Assembly (NCBI GenBank): GCA_050575255.1
Contig: JBNZDD010013638.1
Location: forward strand, 1,991,767-2,055,766
Reading direction: 5' to 3'
DNA: 64,000 bases
Origin: Harriotta raleighana
Taxonomy: Eukaryota
Program-made: the position numbers and the translations under genes
Part shown: positions 24,520-39,029 of the stretch, one piece after another
Position numbering within the stretch: the first letter of the stretch is position 1
Layout of the letters: each line of letters starts with the position of its first letter
Notes under the pieces: model-generated
What the model was told of the DNA's origin: nothing
What the model saw: the letters and a program-made list of their open reading frames with translations, nothing else
Databases searched by the model: none

Positions 24520-24905
24520 ATAGGCACAGCCTGGCCCATCAGCAGGCCGGGGCAGAGCAGTCAATGGGGGCAGGGAATCCTCCCACAAAGCTGCTGTTAA
24601 CCATGCAAGCCCCCAATTTCTCCTCTGGACTTCCCAAGCCTAGGCTCTTGCCAACCTATGCCTAATACTTTCCGGAATTAAGTAAGCAGAATGCACCCCT
24701 CCAGGGAGATAATGCCCATTCCAACAACCTAGCTCTGGAATTTCCATGTGTAGGTGGGATGCATGGAAATATAAGCTTGGTTTGAATACTCTTATTCCAA
24801 GTTATACTTTACATCTATTATGAAATATCACAAATTTTACCCAATCTTAAACTAAGTGATGAATGCGTTTCTGCATGTGTCAGACACCTGGCTGAGCAAA
24901 AAATA
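24520..24905 (+). repeat. Unclassified ~450 bp interspersed repeat (representative copy)
   Basis: Homologous copies at ~8200-8405, 14110-14400, 25246-25540, 32260-32610, 40500-40920, 48840-49075, 50725-50830 and 58195-58625. Confidence 0.75.
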
Positions 24906-26159
24906 AACTCAAATGTAACCAACCTGCCAGAAGGAAAGCGTGACATTAGTTATGAATGTGAAGGTGAACCTCAGATTCAATCAAATTTGAGAGGGATCTT
25001 TGACCTCTGTTCTTTGGCCCTCAGGTTATGATTCTATAATTGGATGATGCTCAGGAGTGACAGCTGTGGGATATAAGTGGCAATGTGCAGATCACAAATT
25101 TTTGTGGAAATAAATCTTTAACAATGCCATCGAAAGTGCTGGAACAACCCTAAAAATACACCAGGAGTTGAGAAGGTTGATCCTTTGGCAGAGAGCTGGC
25201 ATGAATAGCCCACTTTCGGAGCTGTAAATACTATGGAATTTGTTCTTGATTCTCCAGGTGTCTGACACATGCAGAACCTCATCATACTTAAGAGTACCCA
25301 AACCAGACAGAGAGTTTCACATACACATGCTGCTTTACACATGGAAATCTCCCCGTGTTTGCAATGGAATGTGCACTCTCTTCCTGGGGGTGGACACACC
25401 CAACTTACTTAATTCCAGAGAGTATTAGGCTCAGGTTGGCAACCGCTTAGACTTGGGGGAACACAAAGCTTGTGTTAGGGTATTGCTGGAATACAACCAG
25501 CCAAAATAGCAAAGCTTGCCATTGAGAGCACTGCCTAACAAGGATTTTTATTGTAAATTGTAGCGACTGCGTAGGAGGTGAACGCAATGGCCAATTTGAG
25601 TACAGCAATGTCCCACAACCAGCTGTGAAGTGAATTACCAATATTATCTAAGGGATATTTATCACTCATTGGGGATGAAGAGGGAGTTGTTTTATAACAG
25701 ATTCCAAGTTATACTTTACATCTAGTATAAAATATCACAAATTTTACCCAATTTTTACCTCCAAAATATGTCTTGATATCTTCTCCAAATTCACTTTCAC
25801 TCATTTCCATCCTCTGGTCTTACATTCTCCATTAGCTTTGAAGTAAAAGACTGGTTTATCTTATCTGTGCTACAGTAATAACCTTCAGAGCAATACTGAT
25901 ATGTATTTAACCCAGGGAGCAATTCTGCATGCCACAGATGTGCACTCATGTCCTAACAATTCTAGGTTGGAGATTGATGGAGCCTATTCAATCGTCCTGA
26001 CAATCTCCAAATTGGGTTTTCATACCAGACTATCATCTCAGTTTTGAGGCAATGTAGATGAGATAACCATAGGAGCAAAAAGAAGAAAAGTAAAAAGCAA
26101 ATCCATAGAAAAGTTAGACATTTTAAAAGCATAATGTTAAAATGAAACAAGACATAGAA

Positions 26160-26892
26160 AAACATAGTAATCCTTGATTTTGATATTCTGCTTTTCACAT
26201 CAGGAGGATGTCTCAAAGCTCTGCACACAATATTCAGTAACGTGTACTGACTGGATATTTTATAGGCAAACATCGTAGCACATAGCTATGTACTATAAAC
26301 AGCCAATGAAATGAATGACTGATGTTATTTGGAAGATTGTTGCCCAGAACAAGAGATAATACTCTGTTCTCTTTGAAAAATTACCATAGGATCTTTAGCA
26401 TGTATTTGAACGTGCAGACGTTCAATAGTTTAATATCCTACCTGAACGACAGCAGCTCCAATGATCCAGTGTACCCCAGTACTGGAGTGGAGTCCGATAG
26501 CTCAGTGGTGAGAGCATCCACAAACATAAGACCTGTGTGTCGTATCCAGACAGGTCAAAGCGAAACCTTCGGCAAGTTTCCTTCCTCCACATGCCTAATA
26601 ATATTCTCTCCAAAAAAAACAATAATAAATTGGTCATTTCAATCCACGACGGTTTGTGGGACGCTGCTGTGTGCAATTAGCTGCTGCGTTTCGCCTACCA
26701 ATATACAGTCAATTCGCTTTACAGTATATTCTGTGAAGCGCTTTGAGACATCAAGAAGATGTGAAAAAGTGCTATTTCAATATGCAAGGATCACTGTAAT
26801 GGAGTGTCAGCCTTGAACATATCGGTTCAAACTCCCCAAGTGAAGTTTTCTGACTCAGAGATGAGAGTGCTTTCAACTGAGCCAGGCTGACA
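26160..26892 (-). mobile_element. Deu-domain SINE interrupted by a sense CORE-like SINE at 26490-26795
   Basis: Tail/body at 26160-26490 and tRNA head at 26800-26892 (ctttcaactgagccaggctgac) flank an intact younger SINE. Confidence 0.7.
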
Positions 26893-27387
26893 AACATAAA
26901 AACAAATAAAAGTAGTAACAGAGTGAATACTGGCAAGTTTTTCAAATGTTTCATGTACTGTATATTTAAATTGTGTTTCATATTTAATGGGTTGGGGTAA
27001 ATAGTGCAGTAATAACTTTATTACAGATATTTGAGGAGTTTTATTATTATAATAGTGTTACTTTTCAAAGTCACAGTGTGTGAGCTGGAAGCATACGGAA
27101 CCTATTGGCACATTGGCTTCAATATTTTCTATATTCTGGTGAGGTCATCTCTCAACAGCATTCTTTCCAGATTATAAATGCAAAATTTCTCTCATCTGTC
27201 TTTCGAATCTGTCCCCTTTACACTCAAACACACGGCTAACCAAAAAACGTACTACTCTTGTTCCTTTCTGCTGTTTTTCTAATGCAAGTATATACAAAGT
27301 ATAGAAATAGAGGATATACAGCGGTCTTATACATGTGTACACGCATACAATCATATAAATGGATAATAAAAACAACTTACATTTATA

Positions 27388-27640
27388 TATAATAATAATA
27401 ATAAACCTTGCATTTGATATAGCTTTCACATCTTACCGATGTCTCAAAGCGGCAGCCAATTGTGCATAGCAGTGTCCCACAAACAACTGTGGATTGAAAT
27501 GACCAATTTTATTATTGAGTTTTTTTGAAGGGACTATTATTAGGCTAAACCTGCCCAAGGTTTCACCCTGATCTGCCTGGAAACAAACACAAATCTCACG
27601 CTTGTAAGGCGAGTGCTCTAACCACTGACCTCAGGAGCTC
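27388..27640 (-). mobile_element. tRNA-SINE with internal deletion
   Basis: Tail and head (cttgtaaggcgagtgctctaaccactga) of the common family. Confidence 0.8.
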
Positions 27641-30600
27641 CATAGTACTCTTCATATAGCACTCTTCACACAGAATAGCATCTCGGAAAACTGCAGAACA
27701 TGTATATGCTGCAGTTTGGTGTTTAATATTGATTGAAATCTCCTAAGTGCATTCTGATCTGTGCATTGAACACTTACTTATGGAAGTACGCCAGATGTAG
27801 CTTACAATGCTATCTCACCTTCAACTACATTGCTATAAGGTAAACCAGTTGGCACTGTTGCCCCAGAGGTCGGGGAGGGGGTTGGAGGGGGTTGAGGAAG
27901 AGAGACATTCCAACACATTCCCAAGGTACCTATTTATCCCATTTCTGAAGGCAACCACAGCTGTCATGGAGTTCAGTGGTTGCCTCCAGTGAATTTGAAA
28001 AATTCTTTGATTGGGAAAACTCCCCAAAGGAAAATAGCACCAAGTATGGCAAGACATGAGATGTGTTTTTGTGCAGGGAATGCAATCTGTACCAAACCAA
28101 CATGCAAAACCTCTGCTTCAAACCAAGATTGCCTTGAAGCAGAGGGTTCACAGGTTCGTGTAATGTACACAAGGTTCTAATTTCCTTTACAAAGAATCCA
28201 CAACCCACCCCCTCCTCCCTCTCCATGGTTCATGAGAGGGAATTCCACATTCCAGCCTTCTACTATGTAAATAACTTTTTTTTTCCAACCTTCCATCCAA
28301 TTCCTTTTATAATTAACCTAAATTTCTGCCATTGAGTCAGTCAATCCTACCTCTTCCATAGATCTTGCAAACCTGGTTTACCATGGACCTTATACCACCC
28401 ACTGCACATCTCGCGGGAATGTATGTGTTAGGCCCCATATATTGTGGTCAGCAGGGTCCAAAATGTCTATTACAGCACATCAGGAGAGAGCGCATAAAAC
28501 TGGCCAACTCACCATCCACTTCCTACATGTTGTGCCCATCTGAATTTGACATAGTACATCATATTTCCTGCCATAGCGGCAAGCAAGATATTCTGTTGGT
28601 TGCACTTCCTATACAAAGCACCTCTCGGAGTAAGTTATAGGATAGCTGAGAAGAGTGATTGCTCTATTTGATGCATAAAGTTAGGGTGACCATTTTTGTA
28701 AAATGAATCCAGGGACAAATGTATATAAAAAAATGAACTCACTGCCATTCCTGATGTTGGCAGTTACTGGACAAACTTATTGGATGAGTGACTGTATTTC
28801 TCTGCTGAGTGTATCTGTATGATGATAATAATAATAATAATACTGGCATTTTGATATAGCACCTTATCACAGCTTTGAAATGTCACAAAGTGTTTCACAG
28901 AATATACTACAGTACAAAGTGAATTGACTGTATATTTTGTAGGCGAAATACAGCAGCCAATTGTGCACAACAGTGTCCCATCCACAGTTTTAGATTGAGT
29001 TCTTCCTTAACTTGTTGCTGAACTCAAGACAGGGCCAAATTTGGACCCAGAGACACAATAAATCATCCATGGCCTCTCTCTGGACATTTGGCCATTTTAA
29101 AATTATTCTACCCAGAGTCCTTAAGGCAAGTTAGAAAAAAATCCTGAATACTGTGTTTACCAAAATCCACGCTTTAACCTAGATTTCCCTCTCTCCAGCA
29201 TTTCCCCCTCCCCAATAGTACTGAAATCATTGTTATATAAATAATAATAATAATCCTTGCATTCGATATAGTGCTTTTCACATCTTTTCAATGTCTCAAA
29301 GCGCTTCATAGAATATACTGTAAAGTGAATTGACTGTATATTTGTAGGCAAAATTGTTTATCTTAGCCTGCATGTTCCATTCTCAAATAGACACTTAATC
29401 AGTTTTCTTTTTGAAGGAACTAATTGATGCAGCATAATCTGCTTTTGTTCCACTTTATCTGTAACATTCTCAAAAAATCAGAACATTTTGTCAGACATGA
29501 ATCTTCCCTTTTAAATCTGTCTGTTTTTTTATTAAGTTACTGCTATCCTGGTACTCCTTTGGCCTAGCCTTTGAATGGATATTATTTTACAGGTTACTGA
29601 TGTTAAGCTAATGGGCCTGTAATTGCCTGGGTCACTTTGATACTCTTTTTAAATATGGGTCCTATGTTTCTCTACTTGAAGCAATATGGAATCTCACTAG
29701 TGCTTATCAATTCTTCCAACATGTGAGCTGGTAACCCATGAATATCCACCCTGGTTTCCTTCAACACCATGTGATATACAGTATATATCAGCGCCTTGGG
29801 ACGTCCTCCTGACGTGAAACGCGCTCTATAAATGTAATTTTGTTGTTGTTGTTGTTGTTGTATATAGGACTGGTGGAAGTCAATTTTGTGTCCGTTTTTC
29901 ACTTGATTTTGTTGATTTTTTTTCTCTCCATTTTTAAATGATTTGTGTTCATTTATTTCAAGGTCTTCTGGGTCACTCTCTGTATGTTGGGCATGCGCAT
30001 AATGCATAAAAAGCTGCACTAATGTTCCTTTTCATAGTAAAACCAGCCGCCAGCTTCTTATGATGCATCATAGCATGCATGTGCAGTAAGTGGCAGTTAA
30101 GACAGACCTGAGGATCTGGAAATTGTTTTTAAACAAATATTTACTTGTCAATGAAAATGCATTTTTGTTGGATAATGGAACATCAATATTATTCTTCATT
30201 AATTTTTAGCGAATCCAGAGAAACCGGGAAATATATTAACTGATCCAGGGTATTTATTTACTTTATGTCCCCTTATGTATCAAATACTGGTTGACATTGA
30301 CTGTAAAATCAGGACAATCGATTACTGCAGAAACTGATGCCACGTCAAAACCACGTTCGCTCCTCTCTAGTGAACCCTTTCTAGAAAATATTTAGGCATA
30401 TTTAGACAATATAGCTATTGTATATTTATTATTAATAATAAAAATAATGCGAAGTGTAGTGACTGTGTATTTGAAAGTGAAGTTTGACTTTTAGAGTTTC
30501 TGCTTCACTCTCACCATTCATTTACTTTTTGATATGGCAAGAACATTTTCGCCTGATGCTAAGTATATTTGGCTATGCTGATCTGTAGGACTGTACTTCT

Positions 30601-33089
30601 GGAGACCCTTTTTAAAACTTTTTTTTTTTTTAGCAATTTCCTAAATAATTCCGGATCAATCGTTCTTTGTTTCGTTCAGGGTGTAAAACAAGCTACTTTT
30701 CCTATTTATTCCCATTTGTCTTGACCTTGTTTTGCCCAATTTAGAACAACAACAAAACAAAAACAAATTTAGAAACACAAGTGCAATTTACAGCTTTTGT
30801 TGGTATACAGTTGACAGTCACCTTAGTGTACTGAATGTTCAGTAGGATGGTCTATGCCAATTACTAGTACTGTTTGTCAGAAAGGGTGCTTAATTAGCAA
30901 GAATCATAACCTGTAACAGTATACAAATAATAAACTATTTCACTGATCTGATTCTATTGGGTTACATTTGAGGCAACACAATATATTTGAGCATATCTAT
31001 AACTGGACTATAAAATCAATGATATTACTGCCCAGAGTATGCTCTGACTAACCCATGGATATGTCACTCTAACGTTACTCCCTGTAAATTATTTCCAGTA
31101 AGAAAGCCAATTAATCAAACATAGATTATTTTGGCACTAAAACAGCAACAAAACTTACATTCATATAGTACCCTTCACACAGGTTAGTGTCCCGCTATTT
31201 ACCAGGATTAATAATAATAAGAAAAATAATGATTCATGCATATAATAATAGCGCCTCTCACGTCGGACGAATGTCTCGAAGTACTTCACAAGAATTACTG
31301 TAGAGTGAAATTACTGTAGAGTGTAATTTGTAGAATTAATTTCTACCACTGATAAAAAGTGATAAAAGAGTCTAAAAAATAAACATTACAATGTGGAAAG
31401 AAGTAAGGAACAGAAGAGTGCCAACCCTTGTGCTCAAAGTACCTGTGAAGGTTTCAGACGAGACACAAGTTACACTGGAACGCACACAGAGTGGGACCAG
31501 CCTAATTGCACAAGATTGAACAGAATTAGTGCACAATCGTATTAAAGTAAATGTTCCATAAGCAATATTCTATGGATGAAAATGTTCTCAATTTGTAGTA
31601 AGGTGCTGAAGGGGACCAGGGATTAACTTTGTAGGGCACTGGATATCGTCATGGAAGAATTGTAAAGACGTTATGTTTAAATCAAAAATAGTGAACAAAG
31701 CTGCTGCTTTTCAACAAATAATGACATTTTTCTGAATTGTTTCCAAGGAAATGATCTCACTGCAATTGATTTAATGAATAAGATGTATGTTTTAAAAGGG
31801 AGGGGAGCAGACATTGTAGTAGAATATCCATTGGTTAGTTCGAGTGTACCCAAGAGAGTAATATCTCATGCCAAATTCTGCAAATACTGGCAAAGAAACA
31901 GGTTCATTTATAGCATATTTATTGTTTTATAATCCAGATATGATTAAATATATTACGTTGACTCAAGTAACTCCATGACTTAGAAAGACTAGCTTTTTAT
32001 TAGTTGGTCTGATTCTCTGGGTTTAATCCACAGAAAAATGATTTTGTTTTAACTTGTAACTCACCCAAGGACACATTTTCAATTCCTGTCTATCATTTGG
32101 TTTGTGGTGTCAGTAGTGCTGTTTCTGAGATCTGTTAGTTTTGTACCAGCCAATCTGGTAACGCATTACGATTATCCCAGTGAAGCAATATAAATCACAG
32201 TGTTGACAGAGCAGGTAATGGATTATTCTCACACTTTCAATCCAGACATAGGTCACCAGTTGCCCATAATAGCTCCTATTAACCCTGCAAGCCAAAGCCC
32301 CAACAAATATGATGGACAAGCAGTGGGAAAGGTTGCTGGACAGCTACATCAATGGAAAACTATGCAGTTTGGGCTGGTTGGACTCAGCAGTACCCCAAAT
32401 GCTCTTGCCAAGCTACACCAAATAGTTTCCAGAATTTAGTAAGCAGAATACGTCTCTTTCCAGGGCAAGAGTGCAGATTCTATTCCAACAATCTATCTCT
32501 GCATTTTCCATGTGTAGGTAGGATGCATGAAAATCTCTGTTTGGTTTGGATACTCTTAAGCATGGTGATGGGTTTTTGCATGTGTTAGACACCCGACTGA
32601 ACAAAGAAAAACTTTCTCGCAAATACGGAGTCAGTCGGCTTTGCAGTGAATTGTGTGAAACATTTTGGAATGTGCTTCAGACGCGAAAGGCTCAACGCCA
32701 AACATAAGGATTAAACTAAATGTTTTAGTTGTGATACAAGAGTTCAAAGAAACAGCTAAATGCAATGGTGAACAATATAAATATTTAAAATATTTTAAGA
32801 TGGGAATTGTTCTGGTTTTGCACCATGTTAGAAAATAGTAAAATATCTGTGCCAAATAGTCTAGGCTGATACTCCAGTGCTGTGTTGGGTCTGTATGAAA
32901 TTGTTTGAATTATTGTCCTTTAGATCTGGCATTGAACTTTTTCAGATGGATGTTAAATATCGCATGATCTCATTCGAAAAGAGAAAGGCATTTCTTCCAG
33001 TAACTTGGTTAACCATCCTCCAGATAAAATGGTTGTGTGTGAGACATTGCTGTATGCAAATTTTCTGCCGTGTTTGATTTCAAATACAT

Positions 33090-33900
33090 AGAATTGTTCC
33101 TACTAAAGTGAATCACTTTACATTTCTTAACATTAAATTTCCTCTGTCAACTCTCTGCCTGTTCTGCAAGCCTGTATTTTTTGCCAATCCTTTACATTAT
33201 CTACCATGTTCCCTCAGTTTGGTGTCATCTACAAACTTCAATCCCATTCTTCCCTATCTGAGACCAAATAAATTATATATATATATATATGTGTATATGG
33301 TAATCAGTAGCTGTCTTTTAACTGCTCTTCAACGCTACCCTACATGGAGGGCACTACATAAGTGCAAGTTGTTGGTGTTGTCTTAATATGGAACATTACT
33401 TCCTATAACTTGCTAGTCTGTGAAGTTGCCCTTTACGCATTCTCCTTATATACTATTGATAACCATATACTGAAGCACGCTGAGACGCCACCCGGCATGG
33501 AGGTCACTATATAAATCAAAGTTGTTGTTGTTGTTATCAATCCATTTTGCTACTTCTCCAATGACTCTACATGCACTGATTTTAACCAGGCGTCTCTTAC
33601 TTGGTATCTTATCAAAGGGCTTCTCAACTTTCATATACGCCACATCCAATGCTTTTCCCTTATCTACTTTGTTACTTCTTCAAAGAATTCAATAAGGTTG
33701 GTCAAGCGTGATCTTCCTTTCATAAATCCTTGCTGGCTGCTTTTAATTATACAGTACTCTCTGAGAAGCTCTTGGTTATTTGAACATTTATTATATACTC
33801 CAATACCTTCCCCAAAACTGATTTAAAACTAACCAGCCTGTAGTTTTCAGGATTAGCTCTATCCAAAAATGTGTAATGGCTATGCCACTATTCAGTTCTC
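33090..33900 (-). mobile_element. CR1 LINE reverse-transcriptase fragment with two nested L2 tails
   Basis: Translates to SQQGFMKGRSRLTNLIEFFEEVT, LDVAYM..PFDKIP, KFVDDTKL and FNVKKCKVIHF, all CR1 RT motifs. A related fragment lies at ~29370-29670. Confidence 0.8.
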
Positions 33901-34159
33901 TGGCTTGATTAATTTCTCTAGAAAGTTCTCCTACACTGTATATACATATACTTATGTCTCAGCCTTCTCGACTATTTTGTGGATTCAAGTGTCGCAGTGG
34001 GACTTTGAACTCACAGTTCAGGCTTCAGTATAGTGTTGGGGATGCATAACATTCCTGGAAGTGCCATCATTTGGATAAGATGTTAAACCAACTTTCTGAC
34101 TGCTTGTTCAGGTGGACATTAAAGAGCCATGGCACTATTTGAAAAAAGAAAGGCATTTA

Positions 34160-34470
34160 ACAATAAGAATTCTTGAATTTGATATAGCTCTTTTCACGTC
34201 TTCTAGATGTCTCAAAGCGCTTCACAGAATATACTGTAAAGTGAATTGACTGTTTATTTGTGGGCGAAATGCGGCAGCCAATTGCACACAGCAGTGTCTC
34301 ACAAACAGTCGTGGATTGAAATGACTAATTTTATTATTATGGTTTCTTTGGAGGGATTATATTCGGCATGTGGAGTAAGGAAACTTTCCGAAGGTTTCAC
34401 CCTGACCCGCCTGGATTCGAACAAGGGTCTCACACTTGTAAGTCGAGTGCTTTAACCACTGAACTGCATT
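34160..34470 (-). mobile_element. Full-length tRNA-SINE inserted into a sense Deu-SINE (33985-34600)
   Basis: Complete head-body-tail. Flanks show the ttggataagatgttaaacca..caggtggacattaaagagccatggcactatttg core. Confidence 0.8.
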
Positions 34471-37400
34471 CTCTTGGTGTCCCAACAAACGATCCCCCAA
34501 ATAAAATTAATAATTTGCTTCATAGTCGATTATGGGAAGAATGCTGTGCACAAGTACAAATTACCACCTACAAATTACAGTCAATCCACTTTACACTTAA
34601 TTAACATTAATAATAATCCTTGTATTTAATATAGCGTCTTATCACATTCTTCTAGACATCTCAAAGTGTTTCATAAAATATACTGTAAAGTGAATTGGCA
34701 ATATTTCCTGTGATGTGCTTGCAGACATCCACCAAATGTGAAAGGCATGTGTGGTATGTGTGAGAATTATTTTTATTACCATTAAGATCTCCTCACTAGT
34801 TTCTATAAGGATTCTTGGTTGCAGTCACAAGCCTGGTGCTTTGTTCTCTTTAAGTTTGCTTAATTTATCTTGTATCTCTTTTCCCTGTGTCTTATCTGCT
34901 ATGATTTAATTTCCTGCACCATTTTTATTGGGATGTCCTCCTGACCTGAAAAGGGCGATAAAAGTGTAATTTTGTTGTTATTATGGTTCCTCCATTTTCT
35001 TTGTCAGTTCTCCTTTGTGAACACTGAACACTGAAATTAACTGTTCATTTTGTATTCCAGTTATTTCTTTATTATCTCCTGTGAGTTTATCCAGCACCTC
35101 TTGGTCCTATTCCTACCTCAGCTATTCTTTTATTAATTAATATGATCCAAATTGACACCAAGGGGTGGATTGATCTGTTGTTCGAAAGGATTTGGTGGTG
35201 TGTGCTCTCATGGTTAAGGAAATAGGAACATTGGACAATTTCATTCAGCTGTCATGCATTCTCCTCATCCAGAGATTGGGGTAAACATTTTGTTGGTCAA
35301 TCAAATTACCAATCTAGGTGGCATCCATTTATAAAAAATGAATCTAATCTACATTCTGCCAAGGCAGTAATTTTACTGACCAGCAGAATTTCTCTTCTCA
35401 CTTGAAAAGCCTGCTGATAGCTTTTGCCTGAATTCATATACAATTGACAATTCAAGGTAGCAGAGTTAGGTGCTGGTTCCTCTGCAGTTATATCCCAATA
35501 TAAGACAACATCTTTTGGAAAGGAAAAATTAATATTGGTGGTGGGGGAGGGAAGATACCACCAAAGTTGGAAACACACTTACCTCAAGGTCAAAAGGTGG
35601 ATTCAAATGTAAAATCGGTGATATTGTCTTGGTTGACATTCCAGTACAGTGCAGCTGCATTGCTGAAGGTGATGTCCTTCATATAACTTGAAGTCCTGCC
35701 TATCTATTTAGATGTTAACGAATCCACAAAGCTTTTGTGGCTATCATTGCTAATAATCCTGGCCAACAATTTTCTAGATAAATCAACTAATTACCTTCTG
35801 CCTGTTTGTCTGAACACAAATTGGATCTCATGTTTTGCCTATGCATTCAAGATCACTACACTTAATAGTAATTATTGTAAACATTTTTGAAATGTTCTAA
35901 TGTTATGGGCGCTATATCATAGGCAAGAATTATTATTATTAATGTTGGCAAGTAAATGTAATCTTGAGATTATTCAAAGTTTCCATCGCAAATTTTGGTT
36001 CTGATAAGACATTGAAAACCTTACCTGGTTTACAGAGTAATATTAATCAAATGCTTTAATATATAGAATAAAGAAATCAGATATTCAGGACAAGTTCCTG
36101 AATTCTTGAGAATAGAATTGCTTTGGATCTTTAACCCTGGTGTTGGATGAATAACCTCTGACAGATGAAAACAAGTTAAAAGGAGATGGGTTTGTCAATG
36201 GATAAGATTCCGAAACTCTCTTAATTGGTCCAGTATGTGAATTACAGTTGAAATATTCTGCCAAATGTACAAACAGTGGGAAATCTTTCCCAGGGCTGGC
36301 AATAAAGGATGTGGTAATAGGAATGCTAAGTCTTGGAGACTTACTGTTCAGGTTTTTCGGAGAATTGCTTCCTCTTGCAACAGCCTTTCAGCTGAACCCA
36401 TAAACAGATGTTCTCATCCCTTACTATCTGACCTCGGCTGCTAGTGTCTGGAATCTGACCCTGCAAATGACCAAGGTCAGCAATAGTATATTATATGTTC
36501 TCCCCTTATTATGTAAGGCAGATATTACAATGCAGTTTATACTCCAAAATAAATCCCTTACTGGGTTGGAAATTCCAAACAATTCTATGTACTGTACATG
36601 TTAATAAAATGCTTATAGAATTATATACAGTTACAGCACCCAAACAGGTAATTTGGTCCATTAAGTCTGTGCAGATGTTTTTCTTCACACAAACCATCAA
36701 ATGTAATCCTACTCTCCTGCTTGCTGCCATACGTCCTTAATATTTATCATGTTCAAGTAAGTACTGTATTCCTAAATACTTTATACACTCTACCTCAACA
36801 ACAGTTTGCAACCATCTGCACTCTATGTGACCATTCTATCTGTTGATAATTAGAAGCAAGGCTTCTGAGATGCTACCCAGTGTGAATAATAATAATATTA
36901 ATAATCCTTGCATTTGATATAGCGCTTTTCACATCTTCTAGACGATTCAAAGCGCTTCACAGAATATACTGTAAAGTGAATGAATTGACTCAATATTTGT
37001 GGGCGAAAAGCAGCAGCCCATTGCACACAGCAATGTCCCACAAACTATCGTGGATTGGAATGTCAAATTTATTATTTATTTATTTTTATTTGTGAAGGGT
37101 GCTATATAAATGAAAATTGTTGTTGCTGCAAAGGCACAAAGCTAACCAAAGAGTATTTATCTTTTGGGAAAAGTGGAAAGGGATTTGAGTGGATTTCAGC
37201 AGTGGGGTATCACACTATATTTTATAAATTGAACACCAATCTGATTCTATCCCTGTTATTGATGGAAGAAGTGTTTAAAAATTCATCAATGACAGATCTC
37301 TCACAATGGAAATTAATGTTGAAGAACTCTACAGCTGGAAGAAGATACACGGATAATAATAACAGTAATAATACTTGTATTTGATATACTGTAAAAGTAT

Positions 37401-39029
37401 TATATGAACTACAGGAGTCCTGTAGCTCAGTGTTCAGAGCACTCGTCTTGAGATCTATGCAGCCATTTGCACACAGCAGATTCCCACAAACAGTCCTGCA
37501 TTTAGTGGCCAAAGTATTTTTATCATTTATTTTTTAATTTTGGAGGGATTATTACCAACGGAAAAATGATCCACCAATCAACCACCATCTGGAGTAAGGA
37601 AACTTGCCCAAAGTTTTGTCTTGTCGGAAATCGAAGCCAGGTCCTCTCGCTTGGATGGAGAGTACTCTAACCACTGAGCTATAGGACTCTAGATAATCCA
37701 ATGTAAAATGGAGAGACAGTCTCATAAGGACAGATCCAGAGAAAATTAATGTCTGACTTGAAAACATGTTATGTGGTTTTGATGAAATATATATATACTG
37801 TATATATATATGATAGAGATGAATGAGATATATACAAATATAAAGTTATTTTAGCAAAAAGTATTTACCATAGTATATGTGAGAAACAAATTTGGGTTTA
37901 CAGTGCACACTTGGTAAATACAAGCATCTCAATTCCACAGTCCATGTATCATTTGTTCTATGAAGTTCCATATGCATAGAGCATATGGATGCTGTAAAAT
38001 GGGTTAATTGGAATAGCGTTAGTAGAGAGTGGAACAATCAATGTCAGTAACACAACACCATTATTCATTTGTATAATGCCTCATATAATAGGGGATAATG
38101 CAATGTTTCGTAACACTAACTTGCATTTATAGAGGAACTTTCACTTAGGTAAAATGTTCAAAGTGCTTTACAGCGATAGGCTGGATTATTGAACAAGGTA
38201 GGAAGGAAAAAAGGTAACAGTGTGTTGACCAAATGTATGATCAAAGAGTTCAGCAGTGCTTTAAAGGTAGAGAAAGGATTTGGGGAAAGAATTCCAAAGG
38301 GGAGAGGGATGGACTGATGGCAGGATGGAGGGAGCATATAGTGGTCTCATATAATGAAGCAGGGTGTGAGTAGGAGATTCATCAAATCTGTTTGTTAAAC
38401 ATCATATTTTCACTGCCAAGTTTCTTGTATAAATGATGTACGCCTTTTGTATATACTCTCATTTAATGCATGCTGGTCTTATCTGTTTCACTCTACCGTG
38501 CATCATTGCACACATTTTGCTTTCAAACCTGAAAACACACTTTGGTCGTTGAAGTATAATGAGTAACATATTTCTGTAACTATTGCACCTAGCGTGTTCT
38601 GAACATACTGTATAAGGTTTCTCTCGTACTGTGGAATGAGAGAAATCTGTAGATCAAGCTGATGCAGACACATGGATATTGTAATTCTTCAGGGAGACAT
38701 GCCAGAATAATTTCTTGCAGATGTGCTGTTGGATTGCTGCAAATTACTAGACTAGAGAGGAAATGCTGGCCACAACCTCTGACGCACAAGAAGCACTATA
38801 CAGTACAGCAGCACATTGTGCATTAATGTGCAAGGCATTCTTTTTGCACAAGCAATTGCTACCTTGGATCAAAATGCATTATTTTAGATGGTAATGAGGC
38901 AGTATTGTATGAAATGTGTTCAGTAGTACTGAAACCTCAAAATTGGTAAAAGCTGTTAAGGACTTTTAGCCCCTTCAGAAAACAAATCTGGGTAAATATC
39001 TGGGTCAGAGTGGCATTGAAGATTCTAGT

